Source: Okamejei kenojei (taxonomy: Eukaryota). Taken from it: DNA of 64,000 nucleotides. How positions within the stretch are numbered: position 1 is the first letter of the stretch; every line of letters starts with the position of its first letter. The stretch is taken from contig CM069162.1 of the NCBI GenBank assembly GCA_035221665.1, positions 22,754,001 to 22,818,000 on the forward strand, written 5' to 3'. The translations under genes and the position numbers were made by a program. The notes beneath the pieces were generated by a model. It made no database searches, was not told the DNA's origin, and was given only the letters and a program-made list of their open reading frames with translations. Positions 49,090-60,935 of the stretch are shown here, piece after piece.

Positions 49090-50484
49090 CAGGCACATGC
49101 CGTGAGTCATTACTCAGGGTAGGCAGTCAGCCGGCTTTTAAAAAAATCTTAAACCGCGCATGCGCAGATTGTTCTCTTCGTAAAAAATAAACAATAAGTA
49201 ACAATTCAATTTTCCCAAGGCTTCTCAATCTCCTTCATTTTTTAATTACTGAATGGGTGGGGGACAGAGGATGAAGGCAGGTGGATAGATGGTGGGAAAA
49301 ATGGGAGCACGCCGGGATGTTGAACCAGTTGTCATCTTATTGAATGACAATACTAATTCAAGGGTCCAATTGGAGGGAGAGTTCCTTTCACAGCGTGTGG
49401 AGAGTCTGCGCCAGGGGTTGAAGATGCGAGAAGGCAGAAGTGTTGAGAAGGAGACAGTCAAAGATCATATCAGTAACTCATTCACTGCTGCCGCAGCGCT
49501 CCGGGCATGGACAGCAGAACTGGCCGCCACTTCCGGCAATAGAAACAGTTCGGGTCGACACCAGAACCGGCTGCCCTTCAGCGACTTCCGATCACCTCTG
49601 GCTGTGCTCTTCGTCTGAACATCTCTCACCTGCCGCTCGCCGGCTTCGCTCATGTCAGCCGCGTCCCGCAAATCCTTAAATTCCCACAGCCAAGTAACCT
49701 CTACTGGTCCCGTGAACGCGCTGTCGGAATTTAAAGATTTGCGGGAAGCCGGCCGGCGAGCGGCAGGTGAGAGATGTTCAGACGGAGAGCACTGCCAGAG
49801 GTGAGTGGGGACCAGCAGAAGGGGTTGAAATGTCCGTGCCCGGAGCGCTGCCCGGCCACAATAAAACCATATAACAATTACAGCACAGAAACAGGCCATC
49901 TTGGCCCTTTTAGTCCGTGTCGAACACTTACTTTCACCTAGTCCCATCTACCTGCACTCAGACCGGAGCGTGGCAAGTGGGTTACTGACCCCAATCCCCT
50001 CCTTCACAACGCGAGACTCCCTGAAACACTCTGAACAGAGCTCTCCCCCCACCCCGGGAAATACAGCATTTAAAAACATAAAGCACCAAGAAATGCACTT
50101 ACCACGTTATTGTTACACTAAGTCCATTCTTCACTCTTTGTTTCCTGAGATACTATTAAAATAATGGCAATCCATATTTGAAAATCCCGCCAAGAAACTC
50201 GCGCTGCGCATGCGCATCAGGCTGCTGCGCATGCGCAGTACTGCAAAGGCAGAATTTCTGCTGCCTTCAGCTTCCCTTGAAACTGATGGCTTCAGGCAGC
50301 GCTGACGGCACGTGGGCTGCACAGAGCTTCGCCTGTTGCAAGTGCTGCGGATGAAAGGCATGGAGAATTATGCCTACATAAGAGATCGATCTCTTAGATA
50401 GGCATAATTCTCCCACGCCTTTACTATTTATATTTAATAATTGCCATTTCATAATTTTAGTCAGGGTAGGCAGTGCCTACCTTG
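49090..50484. mobile_element. ~1.4-kb GC-rich non-autonomous DNA transposon with 8-bp TSD (hAT-like) and internal inverted repeats
   Basis: CTGTGGTG at 49082-49089 and 50485-50492; CA...TG termini; subterminal tcagggtaggcagt at 49114-49127 and 50461-50474; right TIR looks eroded. Confidence 0.65.
49862..49963 (-). mobile_element. CR1 3' tail (~100 bp), same subfamily as 655-2554, nested in the hAT-like element
   Basis: aaccatataacaattacagcac.gaaacaggcc...cctagtcccatctacctgcactcagacc is nearly identical to 666-764. Confidence 0.9.
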
Positions 50485-50597
50485 CTGTGGTGATAGTGAT
50501 GGTGCCATTTGGAACAACAAGCTGTGCTCTCGCAAGCCCAGTTCTAATGCATGAAATGAGGGAGCAAAAGGATAATGGGGATGCATTATCTGAAAAA

Positions 50598-50694
50598 GGG
50601 TCTGAAGAAGGGTCTCGACCCAAAACGTCACCCATTCCTTCTCTGCAGAGATGCTGCCTGTCCTGCTGAGTTACTCCAGCATTTTGTGTCTACC
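50598..50694 (+). mobile_element. Penelope terminal-repeat fragment with near-consensus hammerhead motif
   Basis: gggt-CTGAAGA-agggtctcgaccc-AAAAC-GTC-accc (GAAA changed to AAAA, consistent with CpG decay). Confidence 0.8.
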
Positions 50695-51914
50695 TAATGA
50701 GAATGCATGCTGTCCCATCTGATATATTGAAAACATGATCAAAAGTTTGCTTTAGCTGAGGGTATCAAGGATTGTGGAATAAAGCCAGGTAAATGGAGCA
50801 GAGATACAGGTTGGCAAAGATCTAATCGACTGCAGAGGGTCTGAATAACTTTATTATTTTTGCTGTCTCACTTCTTGATGAAGCAAGTTCTTTCACTGGG
50901 GTCACACAGCAAGGCAAAAACTTCCAACATTATCAGAGAGAACATCCCACTCTCTGCTTCTAGATATGGTGACTTCACCCTGACTCAACCCTGTGGTGAA
51001 TCAGCAACGTCTCTGTTGCCTTTCCAGAGAGCAGCTTGACAGAATTGAAAAACAAAACCTGTGCTGAAATTATTTGCCAATGATGTTTATTGTTGTAGAA
51101 TTAATTTAAATAACAAGCTGGGACTCTAGGGATTGTTATTGCTGAGCAATAAACACAGTGGAGCTAAAATTCCATGGCTTGCCCATTCTAACTCCGATGG
51201 GAGACTGGCAGATCTCCAGGGATGAGATGGTTAGGACATGGTTATAGCAGGAGATCAATGGAAATCATGCAGACCTACCCTCCGGTTACTTCCAGAGTTT
51301 GTGTAAGAAAGAACTTTGGGTATTGAATATAACAAACTACACACAGCAAGATCCTGCAAACAGTGCATATAATACATGCCTAGTCGTTGAAAGATAATTG
51401 TTGGGTGAGATGCTTGGGTGGCTCCATTGCAGGAAGATCGCAACTCTTCAAAGTACTTCATGCAAAAATTTGTAACATGAGAAATAGAAGCAGCTAGGAT
51501 CATGGCATATATTTTACCTCAACATCCCCTTCACACAATAATTTCACACCTTGTGATTCCTTCTACAGATCTATTGATCCCTGTTTTGGGTGTTCTTGGC
51601 TACTCAGGCTTCACAGCCCCGGGCAGTGAATTCCAAAGATTCTGAATAAATTTATTTTTACCTCTATCTTAAATGGTTATTTACTATTTTGAGACTGTGA
51701 CCCTTGATTGTAAACACTATCTCCCCTGTCGTCCTTAAGAATTTTGTATGTTTTAATGAAAATATTCCACAAAAACAGTAGAGAATATTGTCAACATAAC
51801 CTCTCCCACTGCCCACCTCAATCAATTCTGTGATCTTTTGTTGCACTGCTCCCCAAGTATTTGCTTCATTTGGTACGGAGAACAATCCTGCACACAATGA
51901 AATAGAATTATTAC

Positions 51915-52050
51915 TTCTGCTCATGGATAGGAAACGATTTAATGGAATATGGGCCAAAAGCAGGCAAATGGGCCTAGCTTAGATGTGACATCTTGGTTGG
52001 CTTGGATTAGTTGGGCTGAAGGTCTGTTTTTGTGTTGTATGACTCTAAGC
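51915..52050 (+). mobile_element. CR1 LINE 3' tail fragment
   Basis: catggataggaaac...gggccaaa.gcaggcaaatggg...tgtatgactcta. Confidence 0.75.
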
Positions 52051-52093
52051 TCAAGACCTGGGGTGAGTTTGGACCATTTTACTATTGTTTCGT

Positions 52094-52408
52094 TTTTTTA
52101 GTTTTAGAGATACAGCGTGGGAACGGCCGTCTGATTTAGAGAAACAGACCCTTCGGCCCACTGAGTCCAAGCCGATCAGCCAGCAATCACCTGTACACTG
52201 TTCTATCCTACAAATTAGGGACAATCTACAGAAGCCAATTAATCTATAAACCTGCATGTCTTTGGCGTGTGGGAGAAAACTGGAGAAAACCCACGCTGTC
52301 ACAGAAAGAACTCTGCAAACTCTGTACTGACAGCACCCATAGTCTGGATCAAACCTGGGTCTCTGGCACTGTAAGGCAGCAACTCTACACTTGCGCCACT
52401 GTACAGCC
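52094..52408 (-). mobile_element. HE1-type V-SINE
   Basis: Full reverse copy with a partly duplicated tail. Confidence 0.9.
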
Positions 52409-53095
52409 CTGATCACGAGAAATCTGCCAGAGCTGTAGCTGTGTTTCCATTAAAATGTAATTTTGGAACGGCATAACACGGTGATTTTGTTATGGTAATG
52501 GCTCTTCAGAGGCCTTGTTACAATCATGGTTGCATACTTCCCCTCCCAAAGGGTCATGTCTAACTGGCAGAGTGAGAAGTGAATGCCCCATTTTCCTTCA
52601 GCACAGAGGTCTGCTCGGGAATAAAATGAAACCCTGGTGCAGCGCAAGCCTGAGCAACATCAGGTCTTTCAACCTAGCCCAAGCAACCTGACCACTGTCA
52701 CTGCAACATGGCCTGCTCCGCACAGCGCAGCCCATCCACGCTGCTCGCAAATGTTTCACTGCTCTGGGGTTTATTTAGAAAGATCTTCCCAGCCCAATTG
52801 CACTAGAACTAGAGGATTTATAATTATTTTTCCAAAGCTACCTGACCCGAATTTCACAGATATGTATGTCTCGACAGTTCTGAGTCAGGTAACCAGCCAC
52901 CAGCTATGTTTGTTTCTGTGTGGCAGCAGAATTAGAATTACACAAAGATTAGGTCAGGAATAGGCTGCTCTATCCTGCAAATTGCTCCTCCGTTCGATAA
53001 GATCGTGGCTGATCTGATTTTTAGCCTTAACTCCCGTCCATCCACACTAACTCTTCACTAGTTCCTTCTTCATCAAACAATCATTATTATGAAAT

Positions 53096-53355
53096 GGCAC
53101 AGTGGCACATCAGTAGAGTTGCTGCCTTACAGCGCTTGCCATGCCAGAGATCTGGGTTCTATCCCGACTACGGGTGCTGTCTGTACGCAGTTTACAACCA
53201 CACTCCAAAGAAGTACAGGTTAATTGGTTTGGTACGTGTAAACAATTGTCTCTAATGTGTGTGTAGGATAGTGTTAACATGGGATTGCTGGTTGGTGCAG
53301 ACTCATGTGGGCCAATGGGCCTGTTTGCACGCTGTATCTCTAAACTAAACTAAAA
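53096..53355 (+). mobile_element. HE1-type V-SINE with internal deletion
   Basis: ggcacagtggc...agagttgctgccttacagc...gggcctgttt...ctaaactaaactaaa. Confidence 0.85.
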
Positions 53356-54031
53356 TAATATTTATAAAGGGTAGCATGGATCCTTATGAATACATAATAT
53401 TCAAGGAAAAGATACAAAATTAAAAGTACTAGAATTTTTTTACAATTGTGTCTATTAATGTACATTTTCCACATGGTTGGATTGAATTGGTGCCATATTG
53501 TTAGGGTTTAAGTGCTTGATTGGATGTTCATCTTTATAGAATCAAACCGTGTCATCACAATCCAGCCTTTTAGCATACAGCACTGGATGGATAATAATGC
53601 ATGATTGCCTTTAAACTGAAGAGTGATGACTATTTTAGCCATGGACCTTTTGAAAAGATTACGTTAATACAAAATCTGAAACTGAAAAATCTGAAAAGGG
53701 CCGAATGGCCTACACCTGCACCTATTGTCTGTTGTCTATAATTGCCTAACACTGAGGATTGGATGCCGTTTTCTGCTACCTTTTTCGTATTATGAATGTT
53801 TTACCCAAGATAGTTGCAAGCATTTCATTGTTTAGAGGGGGTCCCGTGAATGGCTTGTCTTGCTCTCCAAGGGGAGGTGATTACTCTCAGCCAAAGGTTA
53901 TTCTGTACTGTGATGGCCTCACACCTATCCCAACTAACAGGCCATTCATTCAAGAGAGTCAAGAATGTTTTATTGTCATATGTTCTGAAATGGAACAATG
54001 ACATTTTTACTTTGTAAATATATCCTTTACG

Positions 54032-54310
54032 TTAGAAATGCAGTGCGGAAACAGGCCCTTCGGCCCTCCAGGTCCGCGCTGACCAGCGATCACCCCGTGC
54101 ACTATTGTTATCCTACACATTCGTGCCAATTTACAATTTTATGGAAGCCAATCAACCTTCAAACTTGTACGTCTTTGGAGTGAGGGAGGAAACCAAAGCA
54201 CCCGGAGAAAACCCACAGTCACAAGGAGAATGGATAGATGGGACCCAGTCAGATTCGAACACGGATCTCTGGAGCTGTAAGGCAAGCAACTCTACCACTG
54301 GCCACTGAGC
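54032..54310 (-). mobile_element. HE1-type V-SINE
   Basis: Reverse copy. Confidence 0.85.
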
Positions 54311-54482
54311 TCCCTGAAGCTACAGCTGTTGTGCTGCTAGCAAAATGTCGCCACACACCTGGAGGCTTCATGTTGTTTTTTTGCCATCATACATTGGAAG
54401 GCAAAGTAGCAAATGAAGGGGAGCCTTTGAATTAGTGAGTTTATGTCGTGCCCCTTTCCTGACCCTGTTTCCTCCTCCTTTA

Positions 54483-54520
54483 ATCAAGACCAAAGATCCT
54501 ATAGGATCTTTGATCAAGAC
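54483..54520. mobile_element. 22-bp perfect palindrome inside an 8-bp TSD: probable DNA-transposon (P-superfamily-like) excision footprint
   Basis: ATCAAGAC-CAAAGATCCTATAGGATCTTTG-ATCAAGAC. Confidence 0.7.
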
Positions 54521-55166
54521 TGTCCATTCGCTCCTCCGTCATGCTCCCAGTTGTAAATGATGAGCACAAGGCCGGCATAGTTAACAGGCTGCTGTCACTG
54601 CCTTCATCGCAGGGAAGGGGGTGGGGTTGTAATGTACTAAGCAGCTGCAACTCATTTGGGCTCTCTTGACTGTCTCGAGCTTTCCCCCAACATCCCCCAC
54701 CCAGCCACTGGTTTAAAATTTATATCTGGCCTCAATGGTAAATACTATAAAGAGGTCAGTCCTCTTTTTGTGGGCTTCTCCCCTTTGCTTAACCTCCTGG
54801 TTGTCAGGAAGGTGCTGACTCTGGGTGGGACAGGACTTGCACGTTCTGCCTTAATCTGACCCACCGCCCAGCTTGAGGTGAAAGATAAATCTGAACCTAC
54901 GCCTTTGATGTGGTGGGCCCTGGGTTGTCAAACAGCGAATGGCAGGCACAGGGAGTAACGTTCAGAACAGGGAGGAGCAATTATAAAAGACTGGTTTTGT
55001 TCAGCGTTTACAACTAGAATGGAACCTGGAGGGAGCTGAGTGTAAAAAACAGCTCTGTGATGGGCGTTGGGACAAGTTTGGGGCCCCCTGTATAGTTTCT
55101 GATAACAACACTCCTGACATCACCACTGCAGATATCAAGTTGAAGGTTTTAGGATAATTTTTGAGG

Positions 55167-55531
55167 NNNNNNNNNNNNNNNNNNNNNNNNNNNNNNNNNN
55201 NNNNNNNNNNNNNNNNNNNNNNNNNNNNNNNNNNNNNNNNNNNNNNNNNNNNNNNNNNNNNNNNNNNNNNNNNNNNNNNNNNNNNNNNNNNNNNNNNNNN
55301 NNNNNNNNNNNNNNNNNNNNNNNNNNNNNNNNNNNNNNNNNNNNNNNNNNNNNNNNNNNNNNNNNNNNNNNNNNNNNNNNNNNNNNNNNNNNNNNNNNNN
55401 NNNNNNNNNNNNNNNNNNNNNNNNNNNNNNNNNNNNNNNNNNNNNNNNNNNNNNNNNNNNNNNNNNNNNNNNNNNNNNNNNNNNNNNNNNNNNNNNNNNN
55501 NNNNNNNNNNNNNNNNNNNNNNNNNNNNNNN
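55167..55531. other. Assembly gap
   Basis: Run of N. Confidence 1.
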
Positions 55532-57342
55532 GTGCCCTGAACAATGACCCCTACCCTGACCAGGATTTATTAATCCTGTACAAATCCGGGTTCGAATCTG
55601 GGTGCGTTTGAACAAGTATCAATGCAAATATCTTGTAAGATCCTGTTAGCTCCCTCTCTACTTCCTACACACACTGCATTCTCAAACTATTTCAACTTTC
55701 CCAACTTGGCATTTGTTTATGTCTGTTTTTTGGATGGTTTGTTAATGGATTTACGATCTGTGCTTAACAACTTTTGAGACAACACAGTGAAGATCAGACT
55801 ACATGGTAGTACAACAAAATCATCAATCAAGCTCTGGATTTTAATTCAAAAGTATTTGGAGTGCTGCATTCTATTTTTTTTTAAAAGGGGCTTGGAGTTT
55901 TCAGACGAGCTGAGTTGCTGATTTCACTGGGATCTGCAGGCAACGGCCCTCTGACCACATTGTAGTAAACACGGTGCCTATCAATGGCACTGTTTCTCCT
56001 TTTGATTTGTAAAACTTTGTCCAGATGCAAACATGTCATCCTGTCAAAGATGAGATCACTGTACAAGCCTCTTGTTGACAGACTGTGAACAGTGCCTTGC
56101 AGGGCAGACTCCAAATCACAGTGGCGCTTTGAAGCTTGAGCAAGTCAACTTTTCATTCAGTGAAAACTGTGGATTGAACTTTAACCTGAGGAAAAGAATT
56201 CTAAAGAGGAATAGAGAATGTTTTAATATTGATGGGATGCTGAGGGCCTGTGAAATCCCGGAGAGGATCACGAGGACTGGATGTGTGCAGGAAGAGGGGA
56301 ACTGCTCAGATATGAGAAGGGGAAATGCAAAGCAGCTTGAAACATGGGCCCTATTCCCTTATTTTCATCCTGTAAACATGGACTGTTGCTTCTGCTGAGT
56401 AGTTTTTCTCCAACTTTGAGCTGCACATTGGAGAAAGAAAAAGGGTGAGCCACTAACCTTGCAATGCATGGGTCACTGATTCCACGAGAGACCCTTGGTT
56501 GTTCCCTTGCACTATAATAATAGCCTTTATCCTGGGTCAGATTGAGCTTGACACACTCGCACAACAAATCCTTTCATCTGAAAGCATTTTTAGAAATGCC
56601 ACTTACAAAGCAAATCTTAAGACAATGCCTGCCAATGAACTGCTGTGGTGTAGAAATGCAAGGCTCTGGTCTTCTGATTTTTGAGCTGATGGAACTTATT
56701 CTGATGAGAACTCAGATGGGATGAGTTTCGATTGTTCAGTGCACAGAGCTCTCTAATTTCATATTTCTCCTGGGCCAAAGAACAATGCTATCGCAAATAA
56801 ATCTGACTTTAGTTATCAATTCAATTTTATTTAAGGAGAAAATGTCTTTGTTGAAGAGTGTTTTGCATATTGTATGGTTGTTTGTCAAACAGCAACACCG
56901 TGATGCTGTCTACTCAGTTGCAATGTTTGTCAGTGACAGACATTTCCCAGAGCATCCTCCCTGTGAGAAAAAATATGTTCCATTCATTTCTCCCTTATTC
57001 ATTTCTTTCAGTGGGAGTTCATGGATTGTTGCGCTAGAGTTGGTTGGCCATTTGTGATTACTGAACATCCTGAACAGCTTCCCAGTAGGATTGGGGTATG
57101 TGTGTGATAGCAATCCAAAGCTTCAGAACATTCCATACTTGGCTGTTTTTTATCGAAACCAGCTGTAAGCTGCTTGCTTAACTTCAGAAATGTAGGTGCA
57201 CTTTTCAAAATGTGGTTCCAGTAATTTTGACAAAGTTCAGACACACTCAGAGTCGCATTAACTCAAACCATTGATGGTTTGCTCCAACTGAGTTTCGGTC
57301 AGTCGCCAGTTCCCTCAATAACTGAAAGCCCTGCAGCTGTGA

Positions 57343-57561
57343 CTTTAGAGATACAGCGTGGAAACAGGCCCATTGGCCCATCAAGTCCATGCCAACCAGC
57401 GATCAACCTGTACACTAACAATATCCTACACACTAGGGACAATTTACTTTTTTTTAACCAAAAACAATTAACCTACAAACCTGCACATCTTTTTTGAAGT
57501 GTGGGAAGAAACCGGAGCACTTGGAGAAAACCCACAGGGTCACAGGGAGAATGTACAAACT
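57343..57561 (-). mobile_element. HE1-type V-SINE, 3' part
   Basis: tttagagatacagcgtggaaacaggccc...gggagaatgtacaaact. Confidence 0.85.
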
Positions 57562-57814
57562 ACTGGTTGAAAAAAAATGTGGTGTAAATATTATTCAAAC
57601 AGGAGTGGTGTTGCAGCCTGTGTGTAGTGGAGAATGCACACAGACTACACTGCTGCTGTATTTATTTGCACAAATGAACGGTTGTATTTCTGAAATAAAC
57701 AGCCTTTGTATAAGTTGATTGCTGAATGGAGATACTGCAAAGCCAGTCAGTCACTGGTGCTTGAACTTGGTGTAGGAGAGTGGGACATCCAGCAAACCTT
57801 CTTGTAGTTTCTAA

Positions 57815-58075
57815 ATATTAGGTTTAAATGTATTATTGCCACATATACTGAGGTACAGTGAAATGCTTTGCTTTGCATGCTCCCCAAGCAGATCAGATAC
57901 ACATATATAGATACAATCAATACAAGTACAATAAGGGAAGGTACAGAGTGCAGAATATAGTTCTCAGCATTGTAGCGCATCAGTTCTTTAGACAAAGTAG
58001 AGGTGAATCAGAGTACCCTAGCTTATGGAAGGACTGCTCAGAACGGAGGGGAAGAAGCTGTTCCTGAGTCTGCTG
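57815..58075 (-). mobile_element. Rex1/Babar-type LINE 3' end (second small piece at 58428-58525)
   Basis: tattg.cacat.tac.gaggtacagtgaaa.gcttt...gggaagaagctgttcctgagtctg, homologous to 13177-13450. Confidence 0.55.
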
Positions 58076-59639
58076 GTGACTTGTTCACCAGCTGGAGCAT
58101 ATTCTGCTTCACAGCCTGCCTGCTGGGATCAGTGTGGCTTCTCACGTCACTTCCTGGCGGAGCGAGGTTCTCCTGGCTGTTGGTGGGAATGCTGAATTTC
58201 TCGAGGCCTTGCGTGACCTTGCAATTGTATGGAAACATTGGCCGTCCACAGCTCTTGATTTGGGGCCTGGCCTTTGATCTTTAATGTGGCTCCCACGTGT
58301 CCTAGCCAGCTGAGCCCACCAGCTCTGGACTCTGGGCCGCTTTTCTTGTTACAATTCCATCGGTCTGCAGTCTAAATGTCCAAATTGCAACAAACTCTGG
58401 AGTTCTTTCTGTGTTGGGATAAATAATCTTAGTTTAGTTTATTGTCACATGTACCAAGGCACAGTGAAAAGCTTTTGTTACGTGCTAACCAGTCACTGGA
58501 AAGACAATACATGATTATAATCGTGAAAATGTTTATGCTTAAATGCCCCTCCATTTATGCTTAAATCCTATCAAAACAACTTGAGAATTTGAATTTGTTC
58601 TTTTTTAATGAAAGCCCAGAATGAGAAGAGCTATCAAACCAACAGAGTATCAGAACCCCCATCTGCTTCTCTCCTGTCCTTTCGGGAAGAAATACCATTG
58701 TCTCGCATGAGTACCGCCCAACCCCCCCCCCACACCCCCCCCTTGCTTCAACTGCCCTCCCAGTGAGTCGATCAAACCACCACTTTCCCAGGACATTTAA
58801 CAATGAGCATCAACGATTAAATCCCCAAAGCGGTTATAGTGTTAATGAGCAAACCACTAGCATTTGCTTATCATGTACAATATCTACATGGTGTCCTACA
58901 CACAATATGTAAACCACCCTCTGATTTTTCATAGTTTCAAGGGTCCATATTTAAAATGTGTTTTTGTTCCAATAATTTTTGTTCTAATGTAGTTTTAATA
59001 ACTAAATAAAATGTAGTTATTAAATGAGCATGGAATTGCAGATTAATCATGTTGATCAGTATCTGAATTATTTTCAAAATGTCATCAGAAATGCACTCTG
59101 TCACACAAAGGGTTACTGATTTGTAGAACACAAGAGTTTTGGCCCACTGTGCCTGCTTCACACTTGACCCACAATAGAGACCGTGTTTGAGCAGTTTTTC
59201 CAGCATTCACTGTGAGCCTCAAATTGATGTCTTGCCGAACAAAATGTTCTGTGTGCTGACAGAAAAATAACAGCCTCCCTTTGGCATTGTCACCTGTTGT
59301 GGTTTTAGTGTTGGAACCCCCAACTGAGAGGTTTGCAGCAATGGAGGGGCATTTGCCAAATACCTTACTGGTGCTGTCATCACTGCCGTTCCAGACACAG
59401 TCCTGTTGTTGATCAAATCATTGCAGGCTGGAGCTCTGCCTTGCATCAGGGTAATTTACATGCCCTGTCCTGCATTCATGGGGTAGACAAAGCAAAATCT
59501 GGCAACTGACCCAACGCATACCACAGCTGCGGCCTCTGAAACCGGCAACGCCGCCTCTCGCAGGGAAACTTGCTTCCTCTGCTTCTCTACTGCCAGGGAG
59601 GGGAGAGGTTTCTCACTCCCCTGCCCATCCTCAGGTCTC

Positions 59640-59995
59640 TTGACTCCTCTCTTCCCCCCCCCCCCCCCCCCCCAACACAATCCCATTTTCTCTCCTCACC
59701 TCCCTCCCGTCTCCTCCCTTTCCTCATGCTCCCAGTCCCCTCTCCTCCCCCTCGCTCAACCCCAGTCCTCCCCCATCTTCCTGCCCCGTCTCCTCCCCCC
59801 AGACCTCTCTCCCCCGACCTCTGTCCCCTCTCCCCAAACACCCCCTCCCCCCCGATCTCTATCCCTCACCGCCTGCCTAACCCCCAAACCTCTCCGCCCC
59901 CCCCACCAATCCCCAATCCTTTCTCCACACAACTCCCTGCCCCGTCTCTTCCCTATGTCTCCTCCTCCAACCCTCCACCTCCCTGTTCCCTGTAT
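59640..59995. repeat. C/T-rich low-complexity tract with a 20-nt poly-C run
   Basis: Base composition; source of the Pro-rich spurious ORFs. Confidence 0.9.
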
Positions 59996-60425
59996 TCCCA
60001 CATCCATGTTTATTCCTGTACATTTGACTCAATTTCACAATTCTTTGCCAAGCAGATTAATTGCACTCTCTTGCAACTTGAACAGCAGGAATTGTCACTC
60101 TGTCTACAAACTCTCTGCTCGGCAACTTATTGTCGTCACTCCCGAGCTTTATTTGCATGAAGAATCAACATGAAAGTCAACAAAGTTTTTATTTTGATGT
60201 AACCTTTTAATAAAGAAGAATGATTGGAAGGGGAAGCCCTCTTTAAATGGTGCAGCACCACCCAGGGGTACAAGCAGGGACCTGGCTAAGCTGAGCAGAC
60301 TTACACCCAGGCAGTGGCACTCATTTAAAAATTAGTTCACAAATAAATAACATTTATTACGGACAAACCGCATAGAAAAGAAAAATATTAAAAACTTATT
60401 TTATTATAACATATATAACATAGGA

Positions 60426-60737
60426 GCAGCACAGTGGGGCAGCGGTAGAGTTGCTGCCTTATAGCACCAGAGACCCGGGTTTGATTCTGACTACGGGTGC
60501 TGTGTACGGAGTTTGTACATTCTCCCCGTGTCCACGTGGGTTTTCCCCTGGAACTCCGGTTTCCTCCCACACTCCAAAGACGCACAGGTTTGTAGATTAA
60601 TGGGCTTCGGTAAAGATTGTAAATTGTCTCTAGTGTGTAGGATAGTGCTAGTGTATGGGGATCGCTGATCAGCGTGGACTCAGTGGACCAAAGGGCCTGT
60701 TTCCACTCTGTGTCTCTAAACTAAAATCAAATCTAAA
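60426..60737 (+). mobile_element. HE1-type V-SINE, full length
   Basis: tRNA-derived head gcagcacagtggggcagcggtagag...ggtttgattc; V-domain ggagtttgtacattctccccgtg...ccggtttcctcccac; CR1-shared tail gggcctgtttcc...ctaaactaaa. Confidence 0.9.
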
Positions 60738-60769
60738 CAAAAAATAATATATTTTCCTCTGAACCATTG

Positions 60770-60935
60770 AAACAAAGAACTGCAGGTGCTGGTTAATACG
60801 CAAAAGGACACAAAGTGCTGGAGTAATTCAGCAGGTCAGGCAGTATCATTGGAGAGGATCCCAACCCAAAACTCCTATCCGTGTTCTGCACAGATGCTGC
60901 CTGATCCGCTGAGTTACTCCAGCATTTTGTGTCTC
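60770..60935. mobile_element. Fold-back Penelope-terminal-repeat element
   Basis: gacacaaagtgctggagtaattcagc ... gctgagttactccagcattttgtgtc. Confidence 0.75.

Noticed and set aside
59570-60173. 196-aa and 177-aa Pro-rich ORFs; possible second Helitron remnant
   Set aside because: A C/T low-complexity tract; similarity to the 6924 element is limited to a few bases and no termini were found.
60426-60500. tRNA-like sequences with A/B boxes
   Set aside because: They are SINE heads followed by a V-domain and CR1-type tail, not tRNA genes.
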